64,000 bases of DNA from Candidatus Hydrogenedentota bacterium (lineage in GTDB: Bacteria > Hydrogenedentota > Hydrogenedentia > Hydrogenedentales > SLHB01): positions 127,106 through 191,105 of the forward strand of contig BTWA01000009.1 of the NCBI GenBank assembly GCA_045863295.1. Direction: 5' to 3'. The translations under genes and the position numbers were made by a program. Positions within the stretch are counted from its first letter, which is position 1. Each line of letters starts with the position of its first letter. The notes beneath the pieces were generated by a model. That model did not search any database, had not been told where the DNA came from, and was given only the letters and a program-made list of their open reading frames with translations. Of this stretch, positions 29,491 to 38,461 are shown in pieces.

Positions 29491-30273
29491 GTGAAATTGG
29501 GTATGGTCACATACAACATGGGCAAGGACATGGACCTGCCCACGCTGCTTGAATTCTGCGAGAAGACCCGGCTGGAAGGCGTGGAACTCCGGACAACGCA
29601 TGCGCACGGAGTGGAAGTCGAGATGAATGCGCAGCAACGCATGGAAGTGCGTCAGCGGTTTGAGCATTCGCCCGTGCGTCTGGTGCAGTTGGGATCGACC
29701 TACGACTTCCATACGCCCGATCAAGCCGAATTGCGCAAGAGCGTCGAAGGCGCCAAGGTCTATGCGCAACTCGCGCACGACGTCGGCGCATCCGGCATCA
29801 AGGTGCGGCCGAACGGATTGCCCGAGGGGGTGCCCGTGGAAAAGACCCTGGAGCAAATCGGCAAGAGCATCGGCGAGGTCGCGCGTTCGGCCGAAGGCAT
29901 TGGTGTCGAGGTTCGGCTTGAGGTCCACGGCAAAGGCACCTCCGAATTGCCTCATATCAAGACCATTATGGACCATGCCAGCCATCCGATGGCGGTTGTG
30001 AACTGGAATTCCAATCCCGTCGATATGGACGCCAACGGCAGCATCGACGCGAGTTTTAATCTTGTGAAAGATAAGATCCGCCACGTCCACATGCGCGACC
30101 TCGGTGTGCAGGACTATCCCTGGCAAGACTTGTTCAACAAGCTGAAGTCGATCAATTACGACGGGTATTGTTGCGCCGAAATTGCGTTTAATCCCGAGCC
30201 GGAACGTTTCATGCACGCCTACCGGACCCTGTTCGATCTGTATACCGGCGACTACCATTGGCCCCGAAAGTAG
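29491..30273 (+). CDS. Sugar phosphate isomerase/epimerase (xylose-isomerase-like TIM barrel)
   Basis: GVELRTTHAHGVE, LEVHG, VHMRD, CAEI; GAGGGAG RBS before GTG. Confidence 0.85.
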   Translation: MKLGMVTYNMGKDMDLPTLLEFCEKTRLEGVELRTTHAHGVEVEMNAQQRMEVRQRFEHSPVRLVQLGSTYDFHTPDQAELRKSVEGAKVYAQLAHDVGASGIKVRPNGLPEGVPVEKTLEQIGKSIGEVARSAEGIGVEVRLEVHGKGTSELPHIKTIMDHASHPMAVVNWNSNPVDMDANGSIDASFNLVKDKIRHVHMRDLGVQDYPWQDLFNKLKSINYDGYCCAEIAFNPEPERFMHAYRTLFDLYTGDYHWPRK

Positions 30274-32324
30274 CTCCGTCGGAAAATCCGTTCGAGGCCC
30301 AAGCCGCCGGTTCGTCGCCTTTGGTTGCCAGCTTGATGCGGCATCCCTATTTTTGCCGCGCGTTGACGGAACTCGATGGCATCGGCGACAAGCGCGCCGA
30401 GTTATTCGCCAATCTGGGCATCGCCACCGTGGCCGATTTGGTTATGCACTTTCCTCGCACGTACCAGGATCGTTCCCGGTTTACCTCCATTAGCGATGTC
30501 CAGGAAGGACAGACGGTAACCCTTCAAGCCGAGGTGGTCAAAGCAAAGGCCGTGCGTTTGAAGCGGCGGCTCACGCTCGCGGAAGTTACTTTGCGCGACG
30601 CTACCGGAACCCTGAAGGCGATCTGGTTCGGCCAGGACTACCTTGTGCGTGTAATGACTCCGGGCGTGACCTGCATTTTTCACGGTCCAGTCAGCAAATG
30701 GAACGGCCTTGCGTTGCGCAATCCGGATTATGAACTGCTTGTCAAAGACGAGGACGAGCGGATCCATACGGGCCGCGTGGTGCCTATCTACCGCCTGACG
30801 GACGGTCTATCGCAACGCATAGTCCGGCGCACGGTGTGGGCTGTGCTCGAGTTGCTGCCCGACGACGTGCCCGATGGCTTGCCTCCGGTCTTGAAGGAAC
30901 GGTACGGCTGGCAGGATACGCGTGCAGCGCTTCGATGTGTTCATTTCCCCGACGACTTGGAAAGCGTCGCGCATTCTCGGAATCGCTTTGCGTACGAAGA
31001 GCTGCTGTATTTACAGATTGGCATCCAGCGATCGCGTTTGCAGCGCCTTCACGAGGAAACCGGTTTTCGGCATGTGGTCAACGGCCGGCACCTCGAAAGT
31101 TTTCGAAGGGCGCTTCCATTTGCGCTGACCGCGTCGCAGCAACGCGTTGTCGGAGAGATTCTCAACGACATGGCATCCCCACGCTCCATGATCCGGTTGG
31201 TACAGGGCGACGTTGGATGCGGGAAGACGATTGTTGCATTGCATGCGGTGGCGGCGGCCGTGGACGGTGGATATCAAGCCGCGCTGATGGCGCCGACGGA
31301 AATCCTCGCAGAGCAACACGCGTATGTGCTGCGATCTCACCTGGAGCCACTGGGTCTGGATTTGGCCCTGCTGACCGGTTCGACTCAGGGGGCTGCGCCC
31401 CTGCGCAAGCAGATTGCCTCCGGCGCATGTTCCGTGGTGGTGGGTACGCACGCGCTGTTTCAAGAGGCCACCGGGTTCAAACGCCTGGGGCTTGTCATCA
31501 TTGACGAGCAACACAGGTTTGGCGTGCTGCAACGAAGCGCCTTGGTGGAGAAAGGACTCAACCCGGATATCCTTCACATGACGGCGACACCCATCCCGCG
31601 CACGTTGGCCATTACGGTGTATGGCGGAATGGATTTGAGCATCATCGACGAACTTCCGCCGGGCCGAAAGCCGGTGACAACACGGCGCATTCCCGATGGA
31701 AAGGTCAACGAGTGTTACGACTATATATGCCGTCAAGCCGGACGGGGTTTGCAGACGTACATTGTTTGCCCGCTGGTCGATGAATCCGACAAGAAAGCGT
31801 TGACGTCTGTAACTAAACATTACGATGTATTGTCAAATGGTCCACTGGCTTCCGTGCGCACGGGCTTACTGCACGGTCGCTTGTCCTACGACGAGAAAGA
31901 CGCGGTCATGCGGCAGTTCAAAGACGGAGCGATCGATGTACTCTTCAGCACAACCGTGATCGAGGTTGGCGTCGATTGTCCCAACGCCACGACCATGGTA
32001 ATTGAAGATGCGGCGCAGTTCGGGCTGACTCAGTTGCACCAATTGCGTGGACGCGTAGGACGCGGAGAGGAACAGGCGTATTGTTTTCTGTTGGGCAAGC
32101 CCAGGACGCCGGAGGGCAAACAGCGGTTGGATTTGCTGGTCGAACACGCCAGCGGCTTCGACATTGCCGAAGCCGATCTTCTCATGCGAGGTCCCGGAGA
32201 GTTTCTGGGCGTCCGCCAGGCGGGACTCAGCGATTTGCGCGTGGCCGACCTGATTCGCGACGTTCACCTGATCGACGCGGCCCGTCGCGATGCCGGCGAA
32301 TGGATTGCCATGGGCCAGGGGTGA
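30258..32324 (+). CDS. recG: ATP-dependent DNA helicase RecG (start uncertain)
   Basis: Wedge OB fold, QGDVGCGKT, DEQHRFG, TATPIPR, QLRGRVGRG, RGPGE. Confidence 0.97.
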   Translation: MAPKVAPSENPFEAQAAGSSPLVASLMRHPYFCRALTELDGIGDKRAELFANLGIATVADLVMHFPRTYQDRSRFTSISDVQEGQTVTLQAEVVKAKAVRLKRRLTLAEVTLRDATGTLKAIWFGQDYLVRVMTPGVTCIFHGPVSKWNGLALRNPDYELLVKDEDERIHTGRVVPIYRLTDGLSQRIVRRTVWAVLELLPDDVPDGLPPVLKERYGWQDTRAALRCVHFPDDLESVAHSRNRFAYEELLYLQIGIQRSRLQRLHEETGFRHVVNGRHLESFRRALPFALTASQQRVVGEILNDMASPRSMIRLVQGDVGCGKTIVALHAVAAAVDGGYQAALMAPTEILAEQHAYVLRSHLEPLGLDLALLTGSTQGAAPLRKQIASGACSVVVGTHALFQEATGFKRLGLVIIDEQHRFGVLQRSALVEKGLNPDILHMTATPIPRTLAITVYGGMDLSIIDELPPGRKPVTTRRIPDGKVNECYDYICRQAGRGLQTYIVCPLVDESDKKALTSVTKHYDVLSNGPLASVRTGLLHGRLSYDEKDAVMRQFKDGAIDVLFSTTVIEVGVDCPNATTMVIEDAAQFGLTQLHQLRGRVGRGEEQAYCFLLGKPRTPEGKQRLDLLVEHASGFDIAEADLLMRGPGEFLGVRQAGLSDLRVADLIRDVHLIDAARRDAGEWIAMGQG

Positions 32325-32337
32325 TGCGCCGGCTGTG

Positions 32338-33018
32338 TTACGCTTTCGGTTTCAAATGCGGGCGTACGGCGTCATTCCAGCGTTTATACCCTTCTTCGTT
32401 CAAGTGCAGGCCATCTTCCAATAGCAAATCCGCCTTGGGTTTTCCGTCTTCCCCGATCATGGCGGGAGCAATATCAACAAACTCAAGAAGATCGCTTGTC
32501 TCCGTTTCTTCTTTGATCAAGCCGTTGGCCTGCTCCATCGCGCTGTAGAGCGCCCAACGGGCCACACTTGGCTTGATGGAGATATAGACGATCTTTGTTT
32601 GCGGGAGCGCTCCATGCACTTTGGCCACAAATGCCTTGTAATCCTCCAGGATTTGTTGTGGCGATTTCCCCTTGGCCATGTCATTGTCGCCGGCATAAAA
32701 CACGATGACGTCAGGCTCGTACGGAAGGATGATGCGATCGGCGAAATGCGTGGAGTCGGCAATTTCCGATCCCCCAAAGCCCCGGTTGATCACCTCGTAT
32801 TCCGGAAACGCCTCCTCCACCTTCCACAAGCGTATACTCGAACTGCCCACAAACAGATTGGCGTGTTTCGGTGGAGGACTGGTCTTGTCCTTTTCCTCAA
32901 ACGCTGCGATGGCCTTTTCCCAAACGGCGTGCGGTGATTCATCCGCGGCCCGAAGTGCGGCCGGTATCGCCAGGAGCAGAGCCAGGGGCAGGTAACGAGA
33001 CACTATTCGCACGTTCAT
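32338..33018 (-). CDS. Secreted SGNH/GDSL hydrolase
   Basis: Signal peptide, FVGSSSI, NRGFGG, YAGDND, DGLH. Confidence 0.9.
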   Translation of the reverse strand: MNVRIVSRYLPLALLLAIPAALRAADESPHAVWEKAIAAFEEKDKTSPPPKHANLFVGSSSIRLWKVEEAFPEYEVINRGFGGSEIADSTHFADRIILPYEPDVIVFYAGDNDMAKGKSPQQILEDYKAFVAKVHGALPQTKIVYISIKPSVARWALYSAMEQANGLIKEETETSDLLEFVDIAPAMIGEDGKPKADLLLEDGLHLNEEGYKRWNDAVRPHLKPKA

Positions 33019-33167
33019 GGGACCGGTCCTTTTTATGACGCCTCTCTAGACGGGTGACGCTTGATTCGAATCGTTGCATACTGGAGCGTGTGCTTTGGAA
33101 ACCCGCCGAAGGTCCAACAAAAGCGCGGCGCGGACACACCGGGCATCCGCGCCGCGCACATTCATCG

Positions 33168-34214
33168 TCAGGAGACCTTACGCAACTTGGTGACGCGGCC
33201 GTCGGGGATCCATTCCGCAACGAAGATGTTGCCGGCCTTGTCGAAGCATGCGCCGTGCGGCGATATAAATTTGCCCGGCATGCGCTGTTCATGAGGCAGA
33301 TTGGGATAACCCTGAACCTTGTTTACGCCTGGGTTCTCACCGAGTTGCACGATGACCTTGTTGTCCTTGTCGATGAGCGTGACCCGGCCGTGCAGATCGG
33401 GCACCAGCAAATCCGTGCCGCGTTGATCGAAGTGGCAGGGATGCAGGAAGCCGTCATTGACAAAGCGCAGGTGCTTGCCGTCTAGCGAGAAATACTGCAG
33501 CCGGATATTCGACCGATCCGCGACAACGATTTCTGGTTCCGCGCCGCGCGTGTCGATCCAGATGCCGTGGGGACAGGACATCTGACCCGGTTCGGATCCT
33601 TTTCCGCCCCACGAGCGAATGTATTCGCCCTTCGCGTTGTAGTGATGAATATAGCTCTGCCCATAGCCGTCCGCCACGTAGAAGTCGCCGTTCGGCGCAA
33701 TGGCAATGTTTGTGGGCGAGTACTTCTCTTCCGTTTCATACACGCCGGATTCCTTGGGATAGCGCAGTTCAAAAACCTTTTCGCCGGTGAGCGTGGTCTT
33801 GACCACGGTGCGCAATCCGGTCGTGGCGAGGTAGAGGAACTCTTCGTTGCCTTCCTTACTCAGTTGCATGCCGTGCGCGCCGCCCGCGTATTCCGGGCCC
33901 CACGACGACATAAAGTTGCCGTCCGGATCAAAAATGGCGACCGAGTCTTCGCTCTGGTTGTGCACGAAGATACGTCCGTCCGCTACTTCGCAGACCGCGT
34001 GGGTGTTGCCGAACTTCTTCGTTTCCGGCAGCTTTGCCCAATTGTCGATCCATTCGTAGGTGTATTCGCCGGATCCCAGCATGCCGCCGCGCTCCCCCTG
34101 GTTTTCTTGCGCGCGCACGATCACTTGCGGCCCCAGCGCCGCCGCCGTCACGCCCGCCGCCGCGTGTTTCAGGAAACCCCGCCGGGATGAACCCTTCGTG
34201 TGTTCCGTCTTCAT
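33168..34214 (-). CDS. Tat-exported NHL-repeat beta-propeller protein
   Basis: SRRGFLK twin-arginine signal; YVADGYG, PHGIWID, VADRSN, SPHG repeats. Confidence 0.85.
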   Translation of the reverse strand: MKTEHTKGSSRRGFLKHAAAGVTAAALGPQVIVRAQENQGERGGMLGSGEYTYEWIDNWAKLPETKKFGNTHAVCEVADGRIFVHNQSEDSVAIFDPDGNFMSSWGPEYAGGAHGMQLSKEGNEEFLYLATTGLRTVVKTTLTGEKVFELRYPKESGVYETEEKYSPTNIAIAPNGDFYVADGYGQSYIHHYNAKGEYIRSWGGKGSEPGQMSCPHGIWIDTRGAEPEIVVADRSNIRLQYFSLDGKHLRFVNDGFLHPCHFDQRGTDLLVPDLHGRVTLIDKDNKVIVQLGENPGVNKVQGYPNLPHEQRMPGKFISPHGACFDKAGNIFVAEWIPDGRVTKLRKVS

Positions 34215-34350
34215 TGCCCGTCTCCTCTGTGCCTTGCCGCCAACGCGCACGGATTGCGCGCGGCGTGAAGAATGATGCGGTCCACCCGACCGAAGGGTGG
34301 ACACGAAAGGTCTAGCATACACCACGGCGCGGGCAGAATGTCCACCGTAG

Positions 34351-35898
34351 TTACGTCTTGGCGCGCTGGCGGGGTTTTCGGGGCAACCGGGATGGCACGG
34401 GTTTGGAGATGGGTTTCGCGGCGCCGTTACCGTTTGCGGAATGCAACGAAGAGTATACTTCTTGCTCCACTTCGGATCGAAGTCGCAATTCCTCGAAGGC
34501 TGCCTGAAAATGCCGGGTCAATGCCTCTGCGTCGGGCAGCGTGGCTTCGTCGCCGATGATGCTTGCGAACACCCGTTGGTCGTAGGTCGTGATACCGCAG
34601 GTGATTCCCATTTCAAGCGTAATCGGCACGAATACGTAGTTCTCAATCAATCGACGCCCCACGCCATATAGCGGGACTTGCGGACCGGGCACGTTCGTGC
34701 ATATCAAGTGAAGCGGCGGAACCTTCGAGAACAGACCCAGCATGGAACGGCCCAAGGGGGAAGCCGCACCGGCGACAACAGTCGCCTGGATTGGCGCATA
34801 GGCGGACTGAAGTATCTCAAACATGAGATTGATGGCCTCGGCGACACGTTTCTGCTTCAACGTCGTCATCGTCTCGCTGACCACTTCAAGCCTTTCGACC
34901 GGATTGTGAATGCGCAGTGGGACCTCCACTGGCAGAAACGTGATTCGGTTTCCCAATTTGCCCCGCTCGTTTTCGCGCCGTAGATTTACGGGCACCAGAA
35001 CGCGCAACGTTTCATGCCGCGTCGAATGACCCATCTCCAGCAAGTAACTGCGAATCGCCCCGGCAAGCACAGACAACATGATGTCGTTGAATGTGCCGCC
35101 GCACGCCTTGCGAATTTCCCTGGCTTCCGCAAACGATATCGAGCACCACGCGATGGTGCGTTTGCCGGAGAAAGGCTTGTTGAATGGCAGCCGCCGAATG
35201 GGGGACAGGAACCCCGCCATGGTCGTGCTGAATTCCTTGAATGCGCTGGAGATTTCTTTCGGACCCAAGTCGCCGCTGTATTCGGCAAGATCCCGTTGCA
35301 GGCGGGTCCAATGCTCCAACGCGCCGATGGCATTGTCCCACAGTGCGTCATAGATTTGTTGGCCTTTGTCCGGCAGCGGAGGCGGGGCATAGTATTGCTT
35401 TTTTACTTTGCAGGGATTGGGCACCGTATCCAGTACGAGAGTCATGAGTTCCACGCCTGCGATGCCGTCAATCATGCAATGGTGCACTTTGGTGACAATG
35501 GCCGAGCGCCCCTTCTCGAGCCCGTAGACAACGTGGATCTCCCACAACGGCTTGTCGCGATCGAGCGGCACTTCATACATTCGCGCGGCGTAGGCTCTCA
35601 GTTCCTCAGCGGAACCGGGTTTTGGCAACGTGGTTTGCGTGATGTGGTTTTCAATGTGAAAACCGGGATCGAATTCCCACGTCGGGTGTCCAATGCTGAA
35701 GGGAGGGGGCACGACTCGTTGTTGGTACCGGGGAATGAGGTGAATTCTCTCTTCCAGATGCTTTACAAATTTGCGGAAGGGAAGTTTGCCCTCGAAGAGT
35801 GACACGCATCCCACGTGCATCGGTGCTTCGGGGCGTTCCACATACAAGAAGAACGCATCCATTGGCGTCAAGCGCCGGTCTAGTTGTCCATCCCCCAT
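34351..35898 (-). CDS. Wax ester synthase/diacylglycerol acyltransferase (WS/DGAT)
   Basis: DAFFLYVE..PMHVG, LDRDKPLWE, KVHHCMIDG, TNVPGP. Confidence 0.93.
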   Translation of the reverse strand: MGDGQLDRRLTPMDAFFLYVERPEAPMHVGCVSLFEGKLPFRKFVKHLEERIHLIPRYQQRVVPPPFSIGHPTWEFDPGFHIENHITQTTLPKPGSAEELRAYAARMYEVPLDRDKPLWEIHVVYGLEKGRSAIVTKVHHCMIDGIAGVELMTLVLDTVPNPCKVKKQYYAPPPLPDKGQQIYDALWDNAIGALEHWTRLQRDLAEYSGDLGPKEISSAFKEFSTTMAGFLSPIRRLPFNKPFSGKRTIAWCSISFAEAREIRKACGGTFNDIMLSVLAGAIRSYLLEMGHSTRHETLRVLVPVNLRRENERGKLGNRITFLPVEVPLRIHNPVERLEVVSETMTTLKQKRVAEAINLMFEILQSAYAPIQATVVAGAASPLGRSMLGLFSKVPPLHLICTNVPGPQVPLYGVGRRLIENYVFVPITLEMGITCGITTYDQRVFASIIGDEATLPDAEALTRHFQAAFEELRLRSEVEQEVYSSLHSANGNGAAKPISKPVPSRLPRKPRQRAKT

Positions 35899-36051
35899 GG
35901 ACCCGCCCCCCCCGGTGCGGTTTCCATAGTATACATCCCATCGACGGAATTTGGGGGATATTTTTGCTTGACGGCAAAGGTTGCTTTGCTTTTGCTTGGG
36001 TCAGTAGAGTGCCCGGGCGGATTGGGATCTAACCTACTTGGAGTACACGAC

Positions 36052-36882
36052 ATGGGCAGTCTGTTAGCGGGGCAGGTGGCGATCATAACAGGGGCTGGGA
36101 GAGGCATTGGGGAAGCGGCGGCACGGCAGATGGGGAAGGAAGGGGCCTCCGTAATCGTCAGCGATTTGGATGAAAAGGTGGCCGATGCCGTGGCAGCGTC
36201 CATCCAGAACGACGGAGGCAAAGCCATAGCCGTCAGCGGCGACGTGACGGACCCCGCGTTTCCTGACCGCGTTTTTGAAGCCGCGACGGCGGCTTTTGGA
36301 CAAGTGACTGTGCTGGTGAACAACGCCGGCTACACGTGGGATGGCGTTATTCACAAAATGACCGACGAGCAGTGGCAGGCCATGATTGACGTTCACGCAA
36401 CGGCGCCCTTCCGGCTCGTACGCGCGGCCGCGAAATACATGCGCGACGTGGCCAAGGAGGAATTGATGGCGGGGCAGACGCCGCGTTACCGAACCATCAT
36501 CAACATCTCGTCTACGTCCGGGCTGCACGGCAATGGCGGCCAGGCCAACTATGCGACGGCGAAGATGGGCATTATCGGCCTGACGAAAACCGTGGCGAAG
36601 GAGTGGGGGAGTTTTGGCATCACGTGCAACGCGGTTGCATTTGGGTTTATCGACACGCGGCTGACGCGGCCCAAAGAGGAAGGCGCGGCCATCACCGTGC
36701 AGGGCAAGGAAATTCCGCTCGGCATACCCTCCGGCATGCGCGATATGATACCCATGCTAATTCCATTGAATCGGCCCGGAACCGCCGAGGAGGCGGCGGG
36801 CGGCATCGTCATGATGGCGTCGCCGTATGCGCGTTACATAACCGGACACGTGCTCGAAGTAACCGGCGGGTTCGGCATGTGA
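36052..36882 (+). CDS. Short-chain dehydrogenase (3-oxoacyl reductase-like)
   Basis: TGAGRGIG, NNAG, YATAK. Confidence 0.92.
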   Translation: MGSLLAGQVAIITGAGRGIGEAAARQMGKEGASVIVSDLDEKVADAVAASIQNDGGKAIAVSGDVTDPAFPDRVFEAATAAFGQVTVLVNNAGYTWDGVIHKMTDEQWQAMIDVHATAPFRLVRAAAKYMRDVAKEELMAGQTPRYRTIINISSTSGLHGNGGQANYATAKMGIIGLTKTVAKEWGSFGITCNAVAFGFIDTRLTRPKEEGAAITVQGKEIPLGIPSGMRDMIPMLIPLNRPGTAEEAAGGIVMMASPYARYITGHVLEVTGGFGM

Positions 36883-37003
36883 CAGCGTCCGATCGCCGGT
36901 ATGCCGTGCAAACTGGGATAGGCTTGACCTGAATCCCGACTGCAATGAATACAAGACGTATACAATTTGTGGGCAAAACCATCCAAAAGGGGAGAACGAG
37001 ACC

Positions 37004-37441
37004 ATGGCTTCGCAACCCACACAGAATTTCGCCACTCACGTGCGCCGGGACAACGGCATCATTGGGCTGGCATTGCTGGCGGCCATTGCGGTCGTGCTCG
37101 CCATAGCCGGGATGTTCATGGGGCAGGAACTGGTGGCCGTTGCTGTGGCGATGCTGGGAGTATGCGTATTGGGTGGGTTTCTGAAAATGCGCCGTTACTC
37201 GCTGGTCGTCCAAGATCGCGTCATTCGGCTGGAGATGGGGCTGCGCTTGGCCGAAGTGTTGCCGGCCGATCTGGCCGCACGAGCCAAAGGGCTCAGCCTA
37301 CGCCAACTGATAGCGCTGCGCTTCGCTTCCGATGCCGAATTGCCCGAACTGGTTCGAACGGTGTTTGACCAGAACATCCAAGACGGAAAGACCATCAAGC
37401 AAAAGGTGAAAGACTGGCAGGCCGACCACATGCGGGTATGA
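37004..37441 (+). CDS. Membrane protein, DUF6526-like
   Basis: QNFATH, two TM helices, QDRVIRLE...QLIALRFASDAEL...IKQKVKDWQADHMRV. Confidence 0.75.
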   Translation: MASQPTQNFATHVRRDNGIIGLALLAAIAVVLAIAGMFMGQELVAVAVAMLGVCVLGGFLKMRRYSLVVQDRVIRLEMGLRLAEVLPADLAARAKGLSLRQLIALRFASDAELPELVRTVFDQNIQDGKTIKQKVKDWQADHMRV

Positions 37442-37512
37442 AGGAAAGACCGTGAGACGCGCCGCCTCGCGCGAGACTCCCCCGATATGGTCGTTGGCGG
37501 CTTTCACCTGCT

Positions 37513-37542
37513 ATTGACAGTGAGCGCATTCACTGTTAATGT
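37513..37542 (+). promoter_or_regulatory. Putative sigma70 promoter embedded in an 11-bp inverted repeat
   Basis: TTGACA-17 bp-TAATGT; arms ATTGACAGTGA and TCACTGTTAAT. Confidence 0.45.
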
Positions 37543-37807
37543 CAATGCTTTCCCGCCGTGTGTGTTTGTGGGTGGCCCGTAACGCTTCAAGCAAATTCGA
37601 ATTCCGGCATCGTCCATCATGGGCAACTGGACTGCACGGAAGCGCGATGTTGAAGGTGCAGGCCCGTGGCGATGTCGTAACCAAGTACTGTCCGGCATTG
37701 TGGCATGTGTCGGCCTGTGGGGATTGCCGTGCTTTCGTGCGACGCTCTCCCAGGTCAGGATGCGCGGTTCGGCATTCCCACCGGACCCGCATGGAACAGG
37801 AGAAGAC

Positions 37808-38416
37808 ATGGCTTCCATCATTCCCGCGCTGTTGAACGTATGCCAGAACGAATGGGAATTTTTCGGCTGCTCCATTATGAATCTCGACGGATCGGTTCAG
37901 ATCGGGAAGCGGGAGTACGACGAAGGCGCTTGGCAACGCGTGGGGGACTATTGGGATTTTCTCGGCGGCCGTTACGCAGGATTAAACGGAAAAGATCGGG
38001 GCGTCGCCTGGTCCGCCGCTTTCATTTCCTGGTGCATGCATGAAGCTGGCGCCGGCGACCGCTTTCCCTACTCGCCCAGCCACAACAAATACATTAACAA
38101 GGCCATCAAGAATTCCGACAACAACGTGCAAGACGCTCCTTTCTCAGGCAAACGTCTCCCCGGATATGCGTTCAAGCCCGGCGACCTGATTGGTTATTGG
38201 CGCGGCGATACGGAAGTGACCTACGACACCGCGCGGCAAATCGGATGGTACGAGAGCCATACAGACGTCATAGTTTCCGTGGAACCCGGCGTTGCCTATT
38301 GCATCGGCGGCAACGTGGAACATTCCGTCACCCGCCGCGCTGTCCAACTCGGCCCCAACGGCGATCTGACAGATACATCCAAGAGTTGGTTTGTGGCAAT
38401 ACAAAACAATATGTGA
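37808..38416 (+). CDS. DUF2272-like (CHAP/NlpC-P60-like) protein
   Basis: RVGDYW, AWSAAFISWCMHEAG, PSHNKYI, GDLI, SHTDVI, IGGNVEHSV; AGGAG RBS. Confidence 0.8.
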   Translation: MASIIPALLNVCQNEWEFFGCSIMNLDGSVQIGKREYDEGAWQRVGDYWDFLGGRYAGLNGKDRGVAWSAAFISWCMHEAGAGDRFPYSPSHNKYINKAIKNSDNNVQDAPFSGKRLPGYAFKPGDLIGYWRGDTEVTYDTARQIGWYESHTDVIVSVEPGVAYCIGGNVEHSVTRRAVQLGPNGDLTDTSKSWFVAIQNNM

Positions 38417-38461
38417 ATTCGAACGTCCCGATTTGCAGGCGTTGCATGGGCACAAGGCTGG

